Source: Macrostomum hystrix (taxonomy: Eukaryota > Animalia > Platyhelminthes). From it: a DNA stretch of 64,000 nt. Made by a program: the position numbers and the translations under genes. The stretch lies in assembly GCA_950097015.1 (NCBI GenBank), contig CATNEN010000038.1, positions 5,022,001 to 5,086,000 of the forward strand. Reading direction: 5' to 3'. The notes below the pieces were generated by a model. It did no database searches and was not told the DNA's origin. It saw only the letters and a program-made list of their open reading frames with translations. Below are positions 1 to 12,300 of this stretch, piece by piece (the first letter of the stretch is position 1; each line of letters opens with the position of its first letter).

Positions 1-1125
1 ATATTGGTGCGGACTGATGTCAACTTGCGAGCGAGCTGACATGCTCAGTGAAGTCGCTGCTGGTGATTTGTAGGGTGAAGGCATCAGATGGTTCAGTGAC
101 CTGCCGTTCTCGATCACAGTGCCACTGGGTGACAATGGAGAGCGCGAACTCCAGCCGCTAGCCGATGCCATCCGTGGAACCTCGTCACAGAAGCCCACTG
201 GCGTTGTTCCAGAGGAGTTGCCTTCATCCTCCTCAATCGCAGTCGTTGCGTCTGTAGTTTCATTTTCCTCGCGCACTGCAGTATTGAAGTGAAACGCCGC
301 CATGTGCGACAACGGCTGCTGCTGGCGAACATTCGGCAGAGAAGTTTGCGAACCGTGCGGAGGTTTTTGCAAGGAGCTCAAGAGTTGCTGCTGAGATTGC
401 TGTGTCGGTTGCCCAACTCGCTTTATTCGGTCGGGATAGTAGGATGAAGGAATAGACGAATTGTCATCTAGCTCGGAGTCGATGTTTGTCTCAAGAAGGA
501 TGCCACTGCTGCGAATCTCCAATGCACCGTTTTGGTTCGCAACTGTCCGATTCGGGACTGCTTGCTTCATGCTCAGAGCATCTTCGAGTGTCAGGCTAAC
601 TGCCGTGGTCGCTGAGGGTGCAGACTGCAGCAGAGGTCTTGGCGGCGGAATAGAAGGTCGGAATTTGAACCCGAAATCGTCTTCCGACTCCTCCGTCCCT
701 CCTTCCCCTGGCCGGGGGGCTTCGTCCTCGCCGCCAGTGGTCGAGTCAATATTAGTCTCCGGAGCCAGGTGAGCCGGAAGCCGGTTTTTTCTCTTACTTG
801 GAAACATCGCCTTCTTTTTCTTGTAAAAGGCTCCTTTCAGGGTGCCGTCGCTACTATTTCGACTGTTGGTAGCTGCGGGGCCGTTGTCATGCCGAAACGC
901 TGTGTTGTCATAGTAAGCTGTGGCTCTATCGTGAGCAGTCTGTAGATCCTGTGGTGACTCGACAACGCTCAGGGCTGCATTGTATCTTCCACCACCATCG
1001 GCTTCGTCGTCTTCTAGCTCGTCTCCAGTTAGACGATCTCTGGCGTCATAATAGCTGGTGTCGCCGGAGGAGGACCAACTTTGTCGTTTCACGCTGGGAG
1101 GCAACTGCTGATTGAGGCCGTTCAT
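1..1125 (-). CDS. Partial uncharacterised low-complexity (S/P/E/Q-rich) protein, 3' end beyond window edge
   Basis: Hand translation: frame open from 1200 to base 1 with no stop (absent from ORF track because it lacks a stop). First ATG at 1125: MNGLNQQLPPSVKRQSWSSSGDTSYYDARDRLTGDELEDDE...YKKKKAMFPSKRKNRLP...; no domain recognised. Confidence 0.6.
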   Translation of the reverse strand, partial: MNGLNQQLPPSVKRQSWSSSGDTSYYDARDRLTGDELEDDEADGGGRYNAALSVVESPQDLQTAHDRATAYYDNTAFRHDNGPAATNSRNSSDGTLKGAFYKKKKAMFPSKRKNRLPAHLAPETNIDSTTGGEDEAPRPGEGGTEESEDDFGFKFRPSIPPPRPLLQSAPSATTAVSLTLEDALSMKQAVPNRTVANQNGALEIRSSGILLETNIDSELDDNSSIPSSYYPDRIKRVGQPTQQSQQQLLSSLQKPPHGSQTSLPNVRQQQPLSHMAAFHFNTAVREENETTDATTAIEEDEGNSSGTTPVGFCDEVPRMASASGWSSRSPLSPSGTVIENGRSLNHLMPSPYKSPAATSLSMSARSQVDISPHQY

Positions 1126-2096
1126 GCTGTTTGGTCTGGTCACAGTCAGTCGCGACTGTTCTTCTTGCAACACTTGCACGAGCAGATATACCAAAGCCAG
1201 TCAAAGAGGCACATCGGCCTCTCCTGACCGCTGTCTTGCGAAAAGTTTGACGACGACCGATGCCTCTTTCCCGTATTTTCGTCGCCGTTGCCAACTTTAT
1301 TGCCGTGTCCCTGCTGACTACTCGAGTGGTCTTTCCCTGTTCCTGATGCGTTATCGCTCATGTGGCGCAGGCGGTCCGCTATAGACGCAGTTTTTTTACT
1401 AGGACTTCTGAGGCAGGTTAATAGATATCGCAATTGACCATGCAGTTTGCTTTGCGTTGAGTGTCTGCTAACAGCGCTGCCGCATGCTAGTCCAAAGACA
1501 GGCTGGGACAGTAGATAGAGGGTGTAGGAGAGACAGGCAGCCGCTACAGGGTTTTTGCTTGCTTCCGATCTCGTCCCACCCCCATTGAGTCACGGTGAGA
1601 GAACTGTACTCTGAGTACACCTCTAAACCTCCTCCCTCTTGGGTAGGAGCTTGCGGAGAAGGGCAGAAAGGAATGAAATGAAGGGACGGACAGTCGCATA
1701 GGTTGCGAAGAAACGGAGCAGAGACGCGCGCGCTCATCAGAACGTGGCTTCACCAACACCTGCCAATTGTGCGCTTATGACAATCTTGGGGTTAGGCGTA
1801 GAATGTCTATTGACGCCCTCGTTTGAGTGAAAACTCATGCTCAAGCTAGGAGAATAGAAGCTTAGAGCTGGGGTTGATGTTGAGAGCGCACTAGCACTGG
1901 TGTACTCTGGACAATGATAATTGGGCGTATCCTAAAACGCTGTTCTCACAACCGTCTGCTGTGTGGACTTTTAAGAATATTTTAAAGCTTCTTTCGTCCT
2001 TCCTTTTCTTTCTAATGCGTCTTCTAGTTGAGCTCAGAGCTGCGATCAGGGGTGAAGAGAATTATTTTCTGAGGGCACTTTTTTCGACAATGGATG

Positions 2097-2714
2097 TATA
2101 CTCAGCAACAGCTAAACCCCCCCAACTCACGCTCCAGTCACACGGCCCAAAAGTTTTGTATGCCATCGGTGACTCAGAAATGTGTGAAGGCTGCCGCCGC
2201 CAGACGCGAGCGCAAAGTGCGGCATGGGGGATTTGGGGAGGGGGTGGCGCAACTCAACCCACTGGTGGCTGCATTGCGCAATGGTAAAGCCATTTGCTAC
2301 GACAACCTTTGGCGGCCCGCAGAACTGCATGCTTCAAGACGACAACGCTGCGCCACATCGAGCAGCACACGTGCAGCTGCTGAAGGAGCAGCTCGGCATT
2401 CGCACATTGAACTGGCCGTCAAAGTCTCCAGACATGAACCCCATCGAGCATGTCTGGGACATTGTAAAGCGAAGAGTTCAGCAGAATGCCCCACAGAATG
2501 CTGAACAGTTGCGACTGACGGTGCTGAATGCCTGGCAGCAGCTGCCCCAAGAGTTCATCAACCGGCTGGTGATCAGGATGCCACGACGAGTCATGGCACT
2601 TTTGCATGCTCGTGGTTCCTACACACGATACTGAGACTAGAATTAAAGACATTGCTTAACTTTTGTGCCCGTGTGACTGCGTGAGTTGGGGGGGTTTAGC
2701 TGTTGCTGAGTATA
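2097..2714 (+). mobile_element. Internally deleted Tc1-family DNA transposon (non-autonomous, ~0.6 kb)
   Basis: ~55-bp terminal inverted repeats TATACTCAGCAACAGCTAAACCCCCCCAACTCACGC... (from 2097) and its reverse complement (ending 2714) with TA ends. Internal ORF keeps only the C-terminal transposase QDDNAAPH...WPSKSPDMNPIEHVW...GSYTRY, with 34 residues between D and E (DD34E). Confidence 0.93.
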
Positions 2715-2727
2715 TTATTGTCTCGAT

Positions 2728-3838
2728 TATACGGGAGAAAGTCAAAAAGTAATGATAACTTTTCTCCTGCACAAAGCAGAAAATAAATTTTGAACCCAGA
2801 CATTTTTCATTGGCAAAAGTATATTTTTTTATTTTAATAATTTTATGTTCTGTTTGGATTTACAGATCAACCTTGACAGAAGTGCAAACACAGTACAAAC
2901 TTTCAGCAATGGAAAATTGCAAAATTGAAGTGCGATCCAACGTGATATTTTTAACGCGGTTGGGTTGGAAGCCGGCTGCCATCGTCGAGGCTTTACAGAA
3001 GGTCTTCGGGGATGCTGCTATACCGAATCCCACCGTTTATCGGTGGATCCAGGAGTTTAAGGCTGATCGTGAGACCATTGAAGACGCTGACCGCAGTGGA
3101 CGACCGAGCACAGCGCGCACAGCAGAGATGGTTACAGCCGTGTGTCGAAAAGTTGACCAGGACAGGCGTGTGACCATCGAGGCTATTGCTGAGGAACTGG
3201 GCATCTCCCATGCAAGTGTGCATTCGATCCAGACAGAGGATCTGGGCTTCAGCAAGCTGAGTGCCCGTTAAGTGCCACGGGCGTTGCGCCCGGAGCACAA
3301 GGCCCAGCACAGCGAGTGCGCAGCAAACCTTCTCAACCGCCTGGACACTGACGCCGACGATTTTTTCGAACGGTGATGAGACCTGGATCTACCAGTACGA
3401 TCTAGAGTCAAAAATCCAGTCAAAAGAGTGGCTGCCTCAAGGATCTGCCGGGCCAAAGAAGTTCCGGGCACACCTACTACGAAGGTGTGCTGCAAAAGCT
3501 GCGCGCAGAATTAGCCAGGAAGCGACCTGGCAATTAGCTCCACCGGCGAATCCTCTTCCACCACGACAATGCCCCGGCACACACTTCACGGCTCTGTCGA
3601 GGCGTCCTGCGCGAATTTCGCTGGGAAATTCTCTCCCACCCTCCCTATAGCCCTGATCTTGCGCCATCAGACTTTTTTCTGTTTCCAAAGTTGAAGGAAG
3701 CTATTAAAGGAGTGCGACATTCGAGCAAGGAGGAGGCGAAAACAGCAGCTCAGCCTGACTTCTTCAGGGCGGAGCTGGAGCGATGGCCTAGAGCTGGAGA
3801 AGTGCCTAGAGCTGGACGGAGATTTCGTGGAGAAATAA
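2728..3838 (+). mobile_element. Degenerate mariner (DD34D) transposon, transposase pseudogene 2909-3838
   Basis: Left end TA|TACGGGAGAAAGTCAAAAAGTAA is mariner-like. HTH region TVYRWIQEFK...DRSGRPST, WVPR mutated to *VPR, GDETWIYQYD, FHHDNAPAH, HPPYSPDLAPSDFFLF, ending GDFVEK*; contains stops, frameshifts and a deletion. No right TIR seen. Confidence 0.92.
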
Positions 3839-6326
3839 GCCTTTACATTTGTTTTTGCTCGATCTTTGAAAAATAATAATTAATTGCGTAATTATAGTAA
3901 TTTGTTGCATAATATTAATTGTTATATTATTGAACCAACATGAATTCGCCTTAAAGGTTAAACAATGCAATTTTAGTTGTCCTTGTCACCAGGATCTTCG
4001 ACTAGAATCGCTGAATATCTCGCCGATATATCTCGCTTACGTCGGACGGCTTTAACTTAAATTTTGTTAATCGTAAAGGGTGGAAATTTAATAGTTATCC
4101 ATTGTGGCGGACTTTCGCGAAAACCTGTCATTCAGCTTTTTAGCAGTGGGTGAAGTAAGGTAGTGGGTATTATACCCCTAGTGGTCTTTCCCCGCGAGAA
4201 AAATAACTTAACACGGCCTGCTGTACCCGATCAATCTTGCCTTATTGCTATAAGCCAACTTTTCGATTTTTCAGTCTCGTTTGTATTCCCTAACTTTTTA
4301 TGAGAGTAACGTGTTCAATAGACAATTGGATGAAGTCCCGATGAGTCAACCTGCGAGTTAATGATCCCTTTACTTTTGTGAACAGGGCATAAACTGAAAG
4401 ATAATTATGCACACTGTTCATTACTTAACGTTGTTCGTGAAATGTTTATGTACGTGTAAAAATATCCTAATATTACAATTGAATAATAATTATTACATCA
4501 CTTTTTGCTAGATAAACTAGCACAAAATGTGTGGTCTTCTTAAGGATAAGTTTTATTTAATTTGTTTATTTTTTCTAAATGCTGCTATAGCTCCAGATTT
4601 AAATTTTTCGCGCTCAGCTACATTGGACAAACCAAAGTCTCAAAAATCAAACCAGAATCTAAACGTGCAATAGCTTGTTTTTTGACGTGAAAAAATAATA
4701 CCAAATATCAACATTATTCTTGCTTCCGAAACTGTTATTCAGTTGCTCGTGCACTTTGTTATTGGGAATGCATACTGCTAGTTACAGTAAAATAAAAATA
4801 GTAGGGTATAGATAGGGGTTAGCCATTTATTGCAGGACTTCACTTACTAGAACTATAGTCAAAAAGTAAAAAGCTGGATCTATACTATGGATACTTATTT
4901 ATATCAATCCTTTATTTTATAATTTTAGTATCGGAAATGTATGTAATATTAACCTGCATTTAATTATAAAAGTGCTATCCCAAAGTGCAATTTTAAGATA
5001 TTTTTTACAATCCTTTGTTACACATATATGCACGCTTTTGTTGTGTTTCAAGAACTATTTAGATTTGTATTAAAAAAACTCAGGTCTAAAAAACTTATCA
5101 CACAAATGTAATGTGAGTATTCTAATTTTTCTAGCTATTGTACGTAAAGCTGAAATTCTAAACACAATTTAGAAAAATCCAAAATTTTATATCAAAAGCA
5201 CTATTTTTTAATTGCAAAAACTTTTTAGTTTCAAAATTGAATTACAAACAGAAATTTGTTTTGTATTGATATAGAATAGTAATACCTCATATTAGATATT
5301 AGATATTATATACCTTTTGTTAGAATACCTTATATTGCTATAGATCAAGCATTAGGTTACTTTGTACTAATCTGAAATCAATATTTCCTGCACTTTTAGC
5401 CATGTCTATGGAATTCAAGCTTATTGAAATTAATCTGTAACTATGCCACTCATAGTTATCATATCATATTAGTTATAAACTTTGCTTTTTAGTTTTTTAA
5501 CTGCAAACTATTGGTTTTTTAATAAGAAACAAACAAATATAATACATTTGCTTCAATAGGAAAATATGACATTTAAGATATATGGGTGAAGTAATATGAG
5601 TTGTTCATGAATAGCATTGTCTTTTAGATTTGTTTAAACTCACAGAACTTTTGAAACCTTTCTTTTTATATATTGTAATCTAGAATGCATTAAGAACCTA
5701 AAGTTTTAAATGCTTAGAAAATTAAATATGTACTAGAAAATTCAGTATATTTAAGATAGTGTAAAGATTAAAGTTAAGCTACATAAAGGTGTTTCTATCA
5801 TTTCGCAGCTAGGTGTTAATGCTAGGCATTCAAGTTTTGTATTTGTTTTAAATTAAATATTTATTTTATACCAAATTTAATATAGAGTCAGTCTTTTTAA
5901 AAAGAAACACTATTTAATATTGTGCGATTGTCCAACTGCTCTGAGACAGATGTGGGTGTCAATAGTAAAAATTTATACCTAAAAATGTTCAATGACAGAC
6001 CTTTCAAAGCGATAAAGAGTTTTCTGAATTCAATGCATCCTGCACTATAACTGTTTTGTTTTATAATGGCCCAACATCATTCATGTTTAATTTTGAGCAT
6101 AAAAAACGATTATGTAAAATCTAGTGCTTGCCCACTAATCAGTACTTTATTATTCAGTCCTCAGAGTTAATTCGTTGACTAAGGGCTAATATTCTGCTGT
6201 TAGTTTCTAATATATTTAAAATAAAGCAAGCAGAACAATATATTATGTTAATTGCAAGCCAGTCAACAAAAGTGGTTTAAATTGTAATGTTTTTTAGTGC
6301 TTCTGCTGCAGATTGCAGCAGACCTA

Positions 6327-9300
6327 ATGAGCAAAAGACAAAGAAGTCCTGGCAGACCTTATGGGCCAGAATGTTTAGCTGGTGAGTTAAAAACTAAAAA
6401 GTTTTCATTTTTTAACGAAAAAATTTGATTTGAATATTACAGAAATTCCATATCAATATATATCAATATACATATAATGATTTGACGTGTTTATAAACTT
6501 TCTGTTCTAATTCGGTCACCATTTTTAGACCCGGAAAACTTGATACCAAGAAAGAGAAAGTTTTGTCAGACAATCGAAGACTCAGACGATGACTATTCCG
6601 TTGCACTAAGCGGTGCAAGCGATGACGAGGATTCCATCGACGATGATGAAGACTGTTGCAAGCGCACAGTCGGGCCAAGCATGCTTAAACCGGTGGGCGG
6701 TATCATACCTGAAGAGACTGACGAGCCGCTAGTAGTTCTCATTAGTGAGCGAAAATACAAATTTTCGTGTTTGTAGTGATTTAAACAGATTTGTGTAAAG
6801 TTTAAATAGAATTTTAACGGGCTTCCAACGAGTAAAAAATCCCTACCCTATCCACAGACAAGCTGCAACAGTTAAACGTGGCTTTTAAAAAGAATCGCAA
6901 TCTTGAAAACTGTCTGCATCGCTGTCGCAAGCTAATCTCAAGGCAGCTACTTGTCGCATTGCACCATAGTCAGCATCGTTTTGAGGTTTGGGTTGTTTTT
7001 TATTTGTTCTGATTGACAGTAGGAACACTTACCTTGCTACTTCGAGTGAGTGGCAGAGCAGTTAAAGCATTTGTCACTTGCACCAAGGTCCCTGAGCTCG
7101 ATTCCGCGGCGAGGCAATACTTATTTGGGGCGCAGCATAGCGTAGGGGGTTGTAGCCTAGTTGGGGTTGTAGCCTAGTTGGGGTTGTAGCCTAGTTGGGG
7201 TTGTAGCCTAGTTGGGGTTGTAGCCTAGTTGGGGTTGTAGCCTAGTTGGGGTTGTAGCCTAGTTGGGGTTGTAGCCTAGTTGGGGTTGTAGTCTAGTTGG
7301 GGTTGTAGCCTAGTTGGGGTTTTAGCCTAGTTGGGGTTGTAGCGTAGTTGGGGTTGTAGCCTAGTTGGGTTTGTAGCCTAGTTGGGGTTGTAGCCTAGTT
7401 GGGGTTGTAGCCTAGTTGGGGTTGTAGCCTAGTTGGGGTTGTAGCCTAGTTGGGGTTGTAGCCTAGTTGGGGTTGTAGCCTAGTTGGGGTTGTAGCCTAG
7501 TTGGGGTTGTAGCCTAGTTGGGGTTGTAGCCTAGTTGGGGTTGTAGCCTAGTTGGGGTTGTAGTCTAGTTGGGGTTGTAGCCTAGTTGGGGTTTTAGCCT
7601 AGTTGGGGTTGTAGCGTAGTTGGGGTTGTAGCCTAGTTGGGTTTGTAGCCTAGTTGGGGTTGTAGCCTAGTTGGGGTTGTAGTCTAGTGGGGGTTGTAGT
7701 CTAGTTGGGGTTGTAGCCTAGTTGGGGTTTTAGCCTAGTTGGGGTTGTAGCCTAGTTGGGGTTGTAGCCTAGTTGGGGTTGTAGCCTAGTTGGGGTTGTA
7801 GCCTAGTTGGGGTTGTAGCCTAGTTGGGGTTTTAGCCTAGTTGGGGTTGTAGCGTAGTTGGGGTTGTAGCCTAGTTGGGTTTGTAGCCTAGTTGGGGTTG
7901 TAGCCTAGTTGGGGTTGTAGTCTAGTGGGGGTTGTAGTCTAGTTGGGGTTGTAGCCTAGTTGGGGTTTTAGCCTAGTTGGGGTTGTAGCGCAGTTGGGGT
8001 TGTAGCCTAGTTGGGGTTGTAGCCTAGTTGGGGTTGTAGCCTGGTTGGGTTGTAGCCTAGTTGGGGTTGTAGCATAGTTGGGGTTGTAGCATAGTTGGGG
8101 TTGCAGCGTAGTGGTTCGAGCAGCGGACTCACGGCTTCAAGGTCGTGGGTTCGATTCCCGAATCCACTTAAAAGAATTATCTTTTAGCAAGACACTTTAC
8201 TCTGCATTGCTTGAGTTCACCCAGCTGTGAAATGGTTACCTGCAATAGCTTGGGTAAATTAATGTAGGGCTTGGCTTTTTCCCCAGTCCCAGTCCATGGA
8301 CTGAACAGCCGTACGAAGCCTTCAGATGCGCCGCGCAATAGCTGCGGCTGTGCTGTCGGCTGCACATCTGGTCCAATTGGGGCAGGTGTAAACAATTATT
8401 TTTGTTTATACTAGTCCAATATTTTTTATTTCTCTTTGGCGTACAGGATATACTAAATGCACCAGCGCTTATGGAAAAATTAGACCTTCTGATACTCGTT
8501 GAATCGTTGAATATCTCGAAGCGCGACTTAAATTCTTGTTTTAGAAAACGCAAAAAAATTAGGATGTGTTTCAGAACTTCATGTGACTCCGTAGAAAAAA
8601 TCCTCCAGCCAAATAGACTTTTTCATCGATTAGACGGGACGTATTTTGATTCTAATTTCCGAATCATTCGCACAGGTTCTGCAAAAATGCTGCGACCTGT
8701 GGAACGCCACAGCCAGCGTCACTGGCAAGCGACTGCGCGTGGGCAGCTCGTTCTTTGAGAGTGAGTTCGATGATTTTCATATTTTCTATTGAAGACAACA
8801 ATCCATTTATTTGTGTCCACTTCAGTCAAAGTACTGCTCTTGGAGCTGCTACTGTCGTTGGAGCCGTCCTTCTGTGAACGAATCAAAGATATGAAGTACT
8901 TCTGTGTGGTAAGACGCCTACGAGCAATGGCTGTGTTGCCAGCCGCTTCAAAATTTCTAATCAATTTGTTAGAAAGGTGGAAATCAAATCAATCGAATTT
9001 CAGAGCGCAGTCGAGGCCACAAGTCTGTTTCTAGTTCAGAGCAAGACGCGCAAGTCGCAGCGCATGTTGGGATATATGAAAAAGTACTTTAATTTTGCGC
9101 ACGTGTACTTTAGCGGCGGCACACCGGATCTGAAACGGTTCGCCCATTCAGTGGCGCTGACGCTAATTAAATTGCAGCTGGAAGTCTGGTTTGTAAGTCA
9201 TGTCGCTTAGTTTTCAATAAAAAATCTGTAATAATAATAATAATTTCAGGAGGGCTGCGGGCAGCCCTTCGAAAGTTGCTTCAAAATCCCAAAACGACAG

Positions 9301-12300
9301 AATCGATGAAGGCACATCGTTTGGTGACACTAGACCCGCAGCCAAGTGAGGCGGCAATGCTGTCCATTTCGCTGACTCCTGAGCACACACTCAGACAGAT
9401 ACTGTACGCAAGCACATGCTAGCACAGTTGTGTAAATCTGCCCTGTCTTTCTCATCGTCAGGCAGTGTACACTCTCACTGTGCCTTGGAGGTTTGTCTAT
9501 CAAGGGCGTCAATTGCACGATAAGCCCCAAGCTTTCTCTCCGCGGCTGCACCCCAAATAAATGTGGCCTCGCTGCAAACGTGCTGAACCTCTCTGTTACT
9601 CACCACCCTTAACACAGTATGAAATGAGCTCTAATATAATAATAATAATTGATTACACCTGCCCCAATTGGGCCAGATGCGCAGCCGACAGCACAGCGGC
9701 AGCTATTGCGCGGCGCATCTGAAGGCTGCGTAGAGCAGTTTAGTCCGTGGACTGGGGGGACGCCACACCCACCTTCAATTACCACAGCTGATGCTGGTAC
9801 CCATTTAACAGCTGATTGAGCTGAAGCAACGCAGAGTTAAGTGTCTTGCTAAAAAAACACAAATTGTTGCAGCGGAGTCGGGAATCGAACCCGCGACCTT
9901 TAAGTCGTGAGTCCGACGCTCTAACCACTAGGCTACAACCCCCTTAGCCCTGTTAGCCCAGATGTACAGTCACTGGCAGAGTCTCAGCAATTGCGCGGTG
10001 TTTCAAAAGGTTGTCTACTGCTGTTAAGTCCGCGGACTGGCAGGTTAACACACCCTCCCAAATTTCTACTTAGTTCCTATTTGGCAGCTACTTAATCTGA
10101 AGCGATAGGAATGCTTGATTGAGATTCAAACTCCTGACCTCACGGTCAGAATTTTGATACTTTCACCAGTAAGTTAAAAGCCTCCACTTAGGTTAATAAA
10201 GTACATGCGAAAAGTTCCGTTGTGCGATTGTAGTTTTTTAAGTACAAAGCAATTTTGGCACCACAAAGTACGCCAGCTTGTCTTGTGTACTGACAGGTAA
10301 GTTTCTAAAACTTGTCAAATTCACAGCTCGAAGGCAAGCACTCGGACTCCAGTGTTTTAGAATACGAAAGCATTCTGCTTAATCTGGCCGGTAGCGGAAA
10401 TCTAAATGAACACGTGAGTTCGAATACACTTTAAGTACACTTGATTCTGTGAGATTCCGTGAGATTCTAACGGATTATAAAAATGCTAATCTCCGCAGGT
10501 CCTGCGACTAATAAACCTTCTGTACCGTTTCGGATTGCAACGCTTTCAAGATGGCCGATTCAGCGATGCGGGGGCCTGGCTCAGCGTGGCCTTCAGCCTG
10601 GGCCGCAGTCCAGCTGTCAGGATGCGATGTTCCGATCGGGTGAGCAATTCTGGCTGCGTTGATTGCTGACACTCCCCTGACACTCCCCTGACACTCCCCT
10701 GACACTCCCCTGACACTCCACTGACACTCCCCTGACACTCCCCTGACACTCCCCTGACACTCCACTGACACTCCCCTGACACTCCCCTGACACTCCCCTG
10801 ACACTCCCCTGACACTCCCCTGACACTCCCCTGACACTCCCCTTACACTCCACTGACACTCCCCTGACACTCCTCTGACACTCCCCTTACACTCCACTGA
10901 CACTCCCCTGACACTCCTCTGACACTCCCCTGACACTCCCCTGACACTCCACTGACACTCCCCTGACACTCCCCTGACACTCCCCTGACACTCCCCTGAC
11001 ACTCCCCTGACACTCCCCTGACACTCCACTGACACTCCCCTGACACTCCCCTGACACTCCCCTGACACTCCCCTGACACTCCCCTGACACTCCCCTGACA
11101 CTCCCCTTACACTCCACTGACACCTCACGACTTTATTGACAATCCCCTTGACACTTCACCTGGCACTTTGCTGACACTTCTCTGACACTTTGCTCACACT
11201 TCCTCTGACGCTTTGATGACTCACTTTCGATTGGCTATTGTGCCAAATTTTTGCAGTACAGTGCTAGCTACTAACCTTGACGAACAAAGAACCAAAAGTT
11301 AAGAACTGAGAATCTTAAAAAGAAATCTTTTTTTTCTATTCAACTGAGCCACACAACTTTCCAGGCACTGCTGTTTCGTCTCTACGCAGAAAATCTACTT
11401 CAGGAGGGCACCTTGGATTCGCTGAGGCAAGGCTTGGCTGTTGTCGAGTTGGCCAATCAGGTGAGAGTAGGTGTGAGTGGACTGGACTTCAAATTCGGAT
11501 GTTTCTGTCATAGTATATTTCATATTATCTGTCATTTTATTCCCAATTCAATCCACCCAGGTGCAAGACTCAGCCATTGGCAGGTACCTGAGCTTCCGCA
11601 TGGCCATTGCGGCTTACATGGCCGGCATCGGTCAGTTTACGCGCGCCCTGGACCAACTGAGCCGCCTGACCTCCAGTCCTGGCTACTGTTGGATTGTTGC
11701 CAAGTGCGCCATCGAGTTCCAGGCCTTCTGCATCAAGTGAGGCTCGTGTCCTTGATTTTCTTGACTTTTAAGTATTGAAGGCGTAGTTAGATCGCTGTCT
11801 TTTGATCGGGGCTAATCATGAGCTATCAACGCCCAACTATCCTCCAGCCAATCATGAACTATCAACGCCTAACTATCCTCCAGCCAATCATGAGCTATCA
11901 ACGCCTAACTATCCTCCAGCCAATCATGAACTATCAACGCCTAACTATCCTCCAGCCAATCATGAACTATCAACGCCTAACTATCCTCCAGCCAATCATG
12001 AATTATCAACGCCTAACTATCCTCCAGCCAATCATGAACTATCAACGCCTAACTATCCTCCAGCCAATCATGAACTATCAACGCCTAACTATCCTCCAGC
12101 CAATCATGAACTATCAACGCCTAACTATCCTCCAGCCAATCATGAACTATCAACGCCTAACTATCCTCCAGCCAATCATGAACTATCAAATATTAGTAAG
12201 CTAGTCAATGCGACAGTTTGAAACTCACTAATCTCTCTTTAACACTCTTCAGCCATCTTTGCGCTGGCAACAAAGACCTGCTGCGCCTGCCTGAGCTGCT

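Noticed and set aside
3900-6290. AT-rich block as a TTAA-type (Kolobok/piggyBac) element
   Set aside because: TTAAAGG start at ~3950 but no matching inverted end or coding remnant found.
7146-8096. Interstitial telomeric repeat (TTGGGG)
   Set aside because: The unit is 17 bp and explained by the SINE head.
9874-9943. tRNA gene (CAC anticodon-like) here and at 8097-8168 and 48699-48770
   Set aside because: The anticodon stem does not pair, T-arm and acceptor overlap, and the head continues into a shared SINE body.
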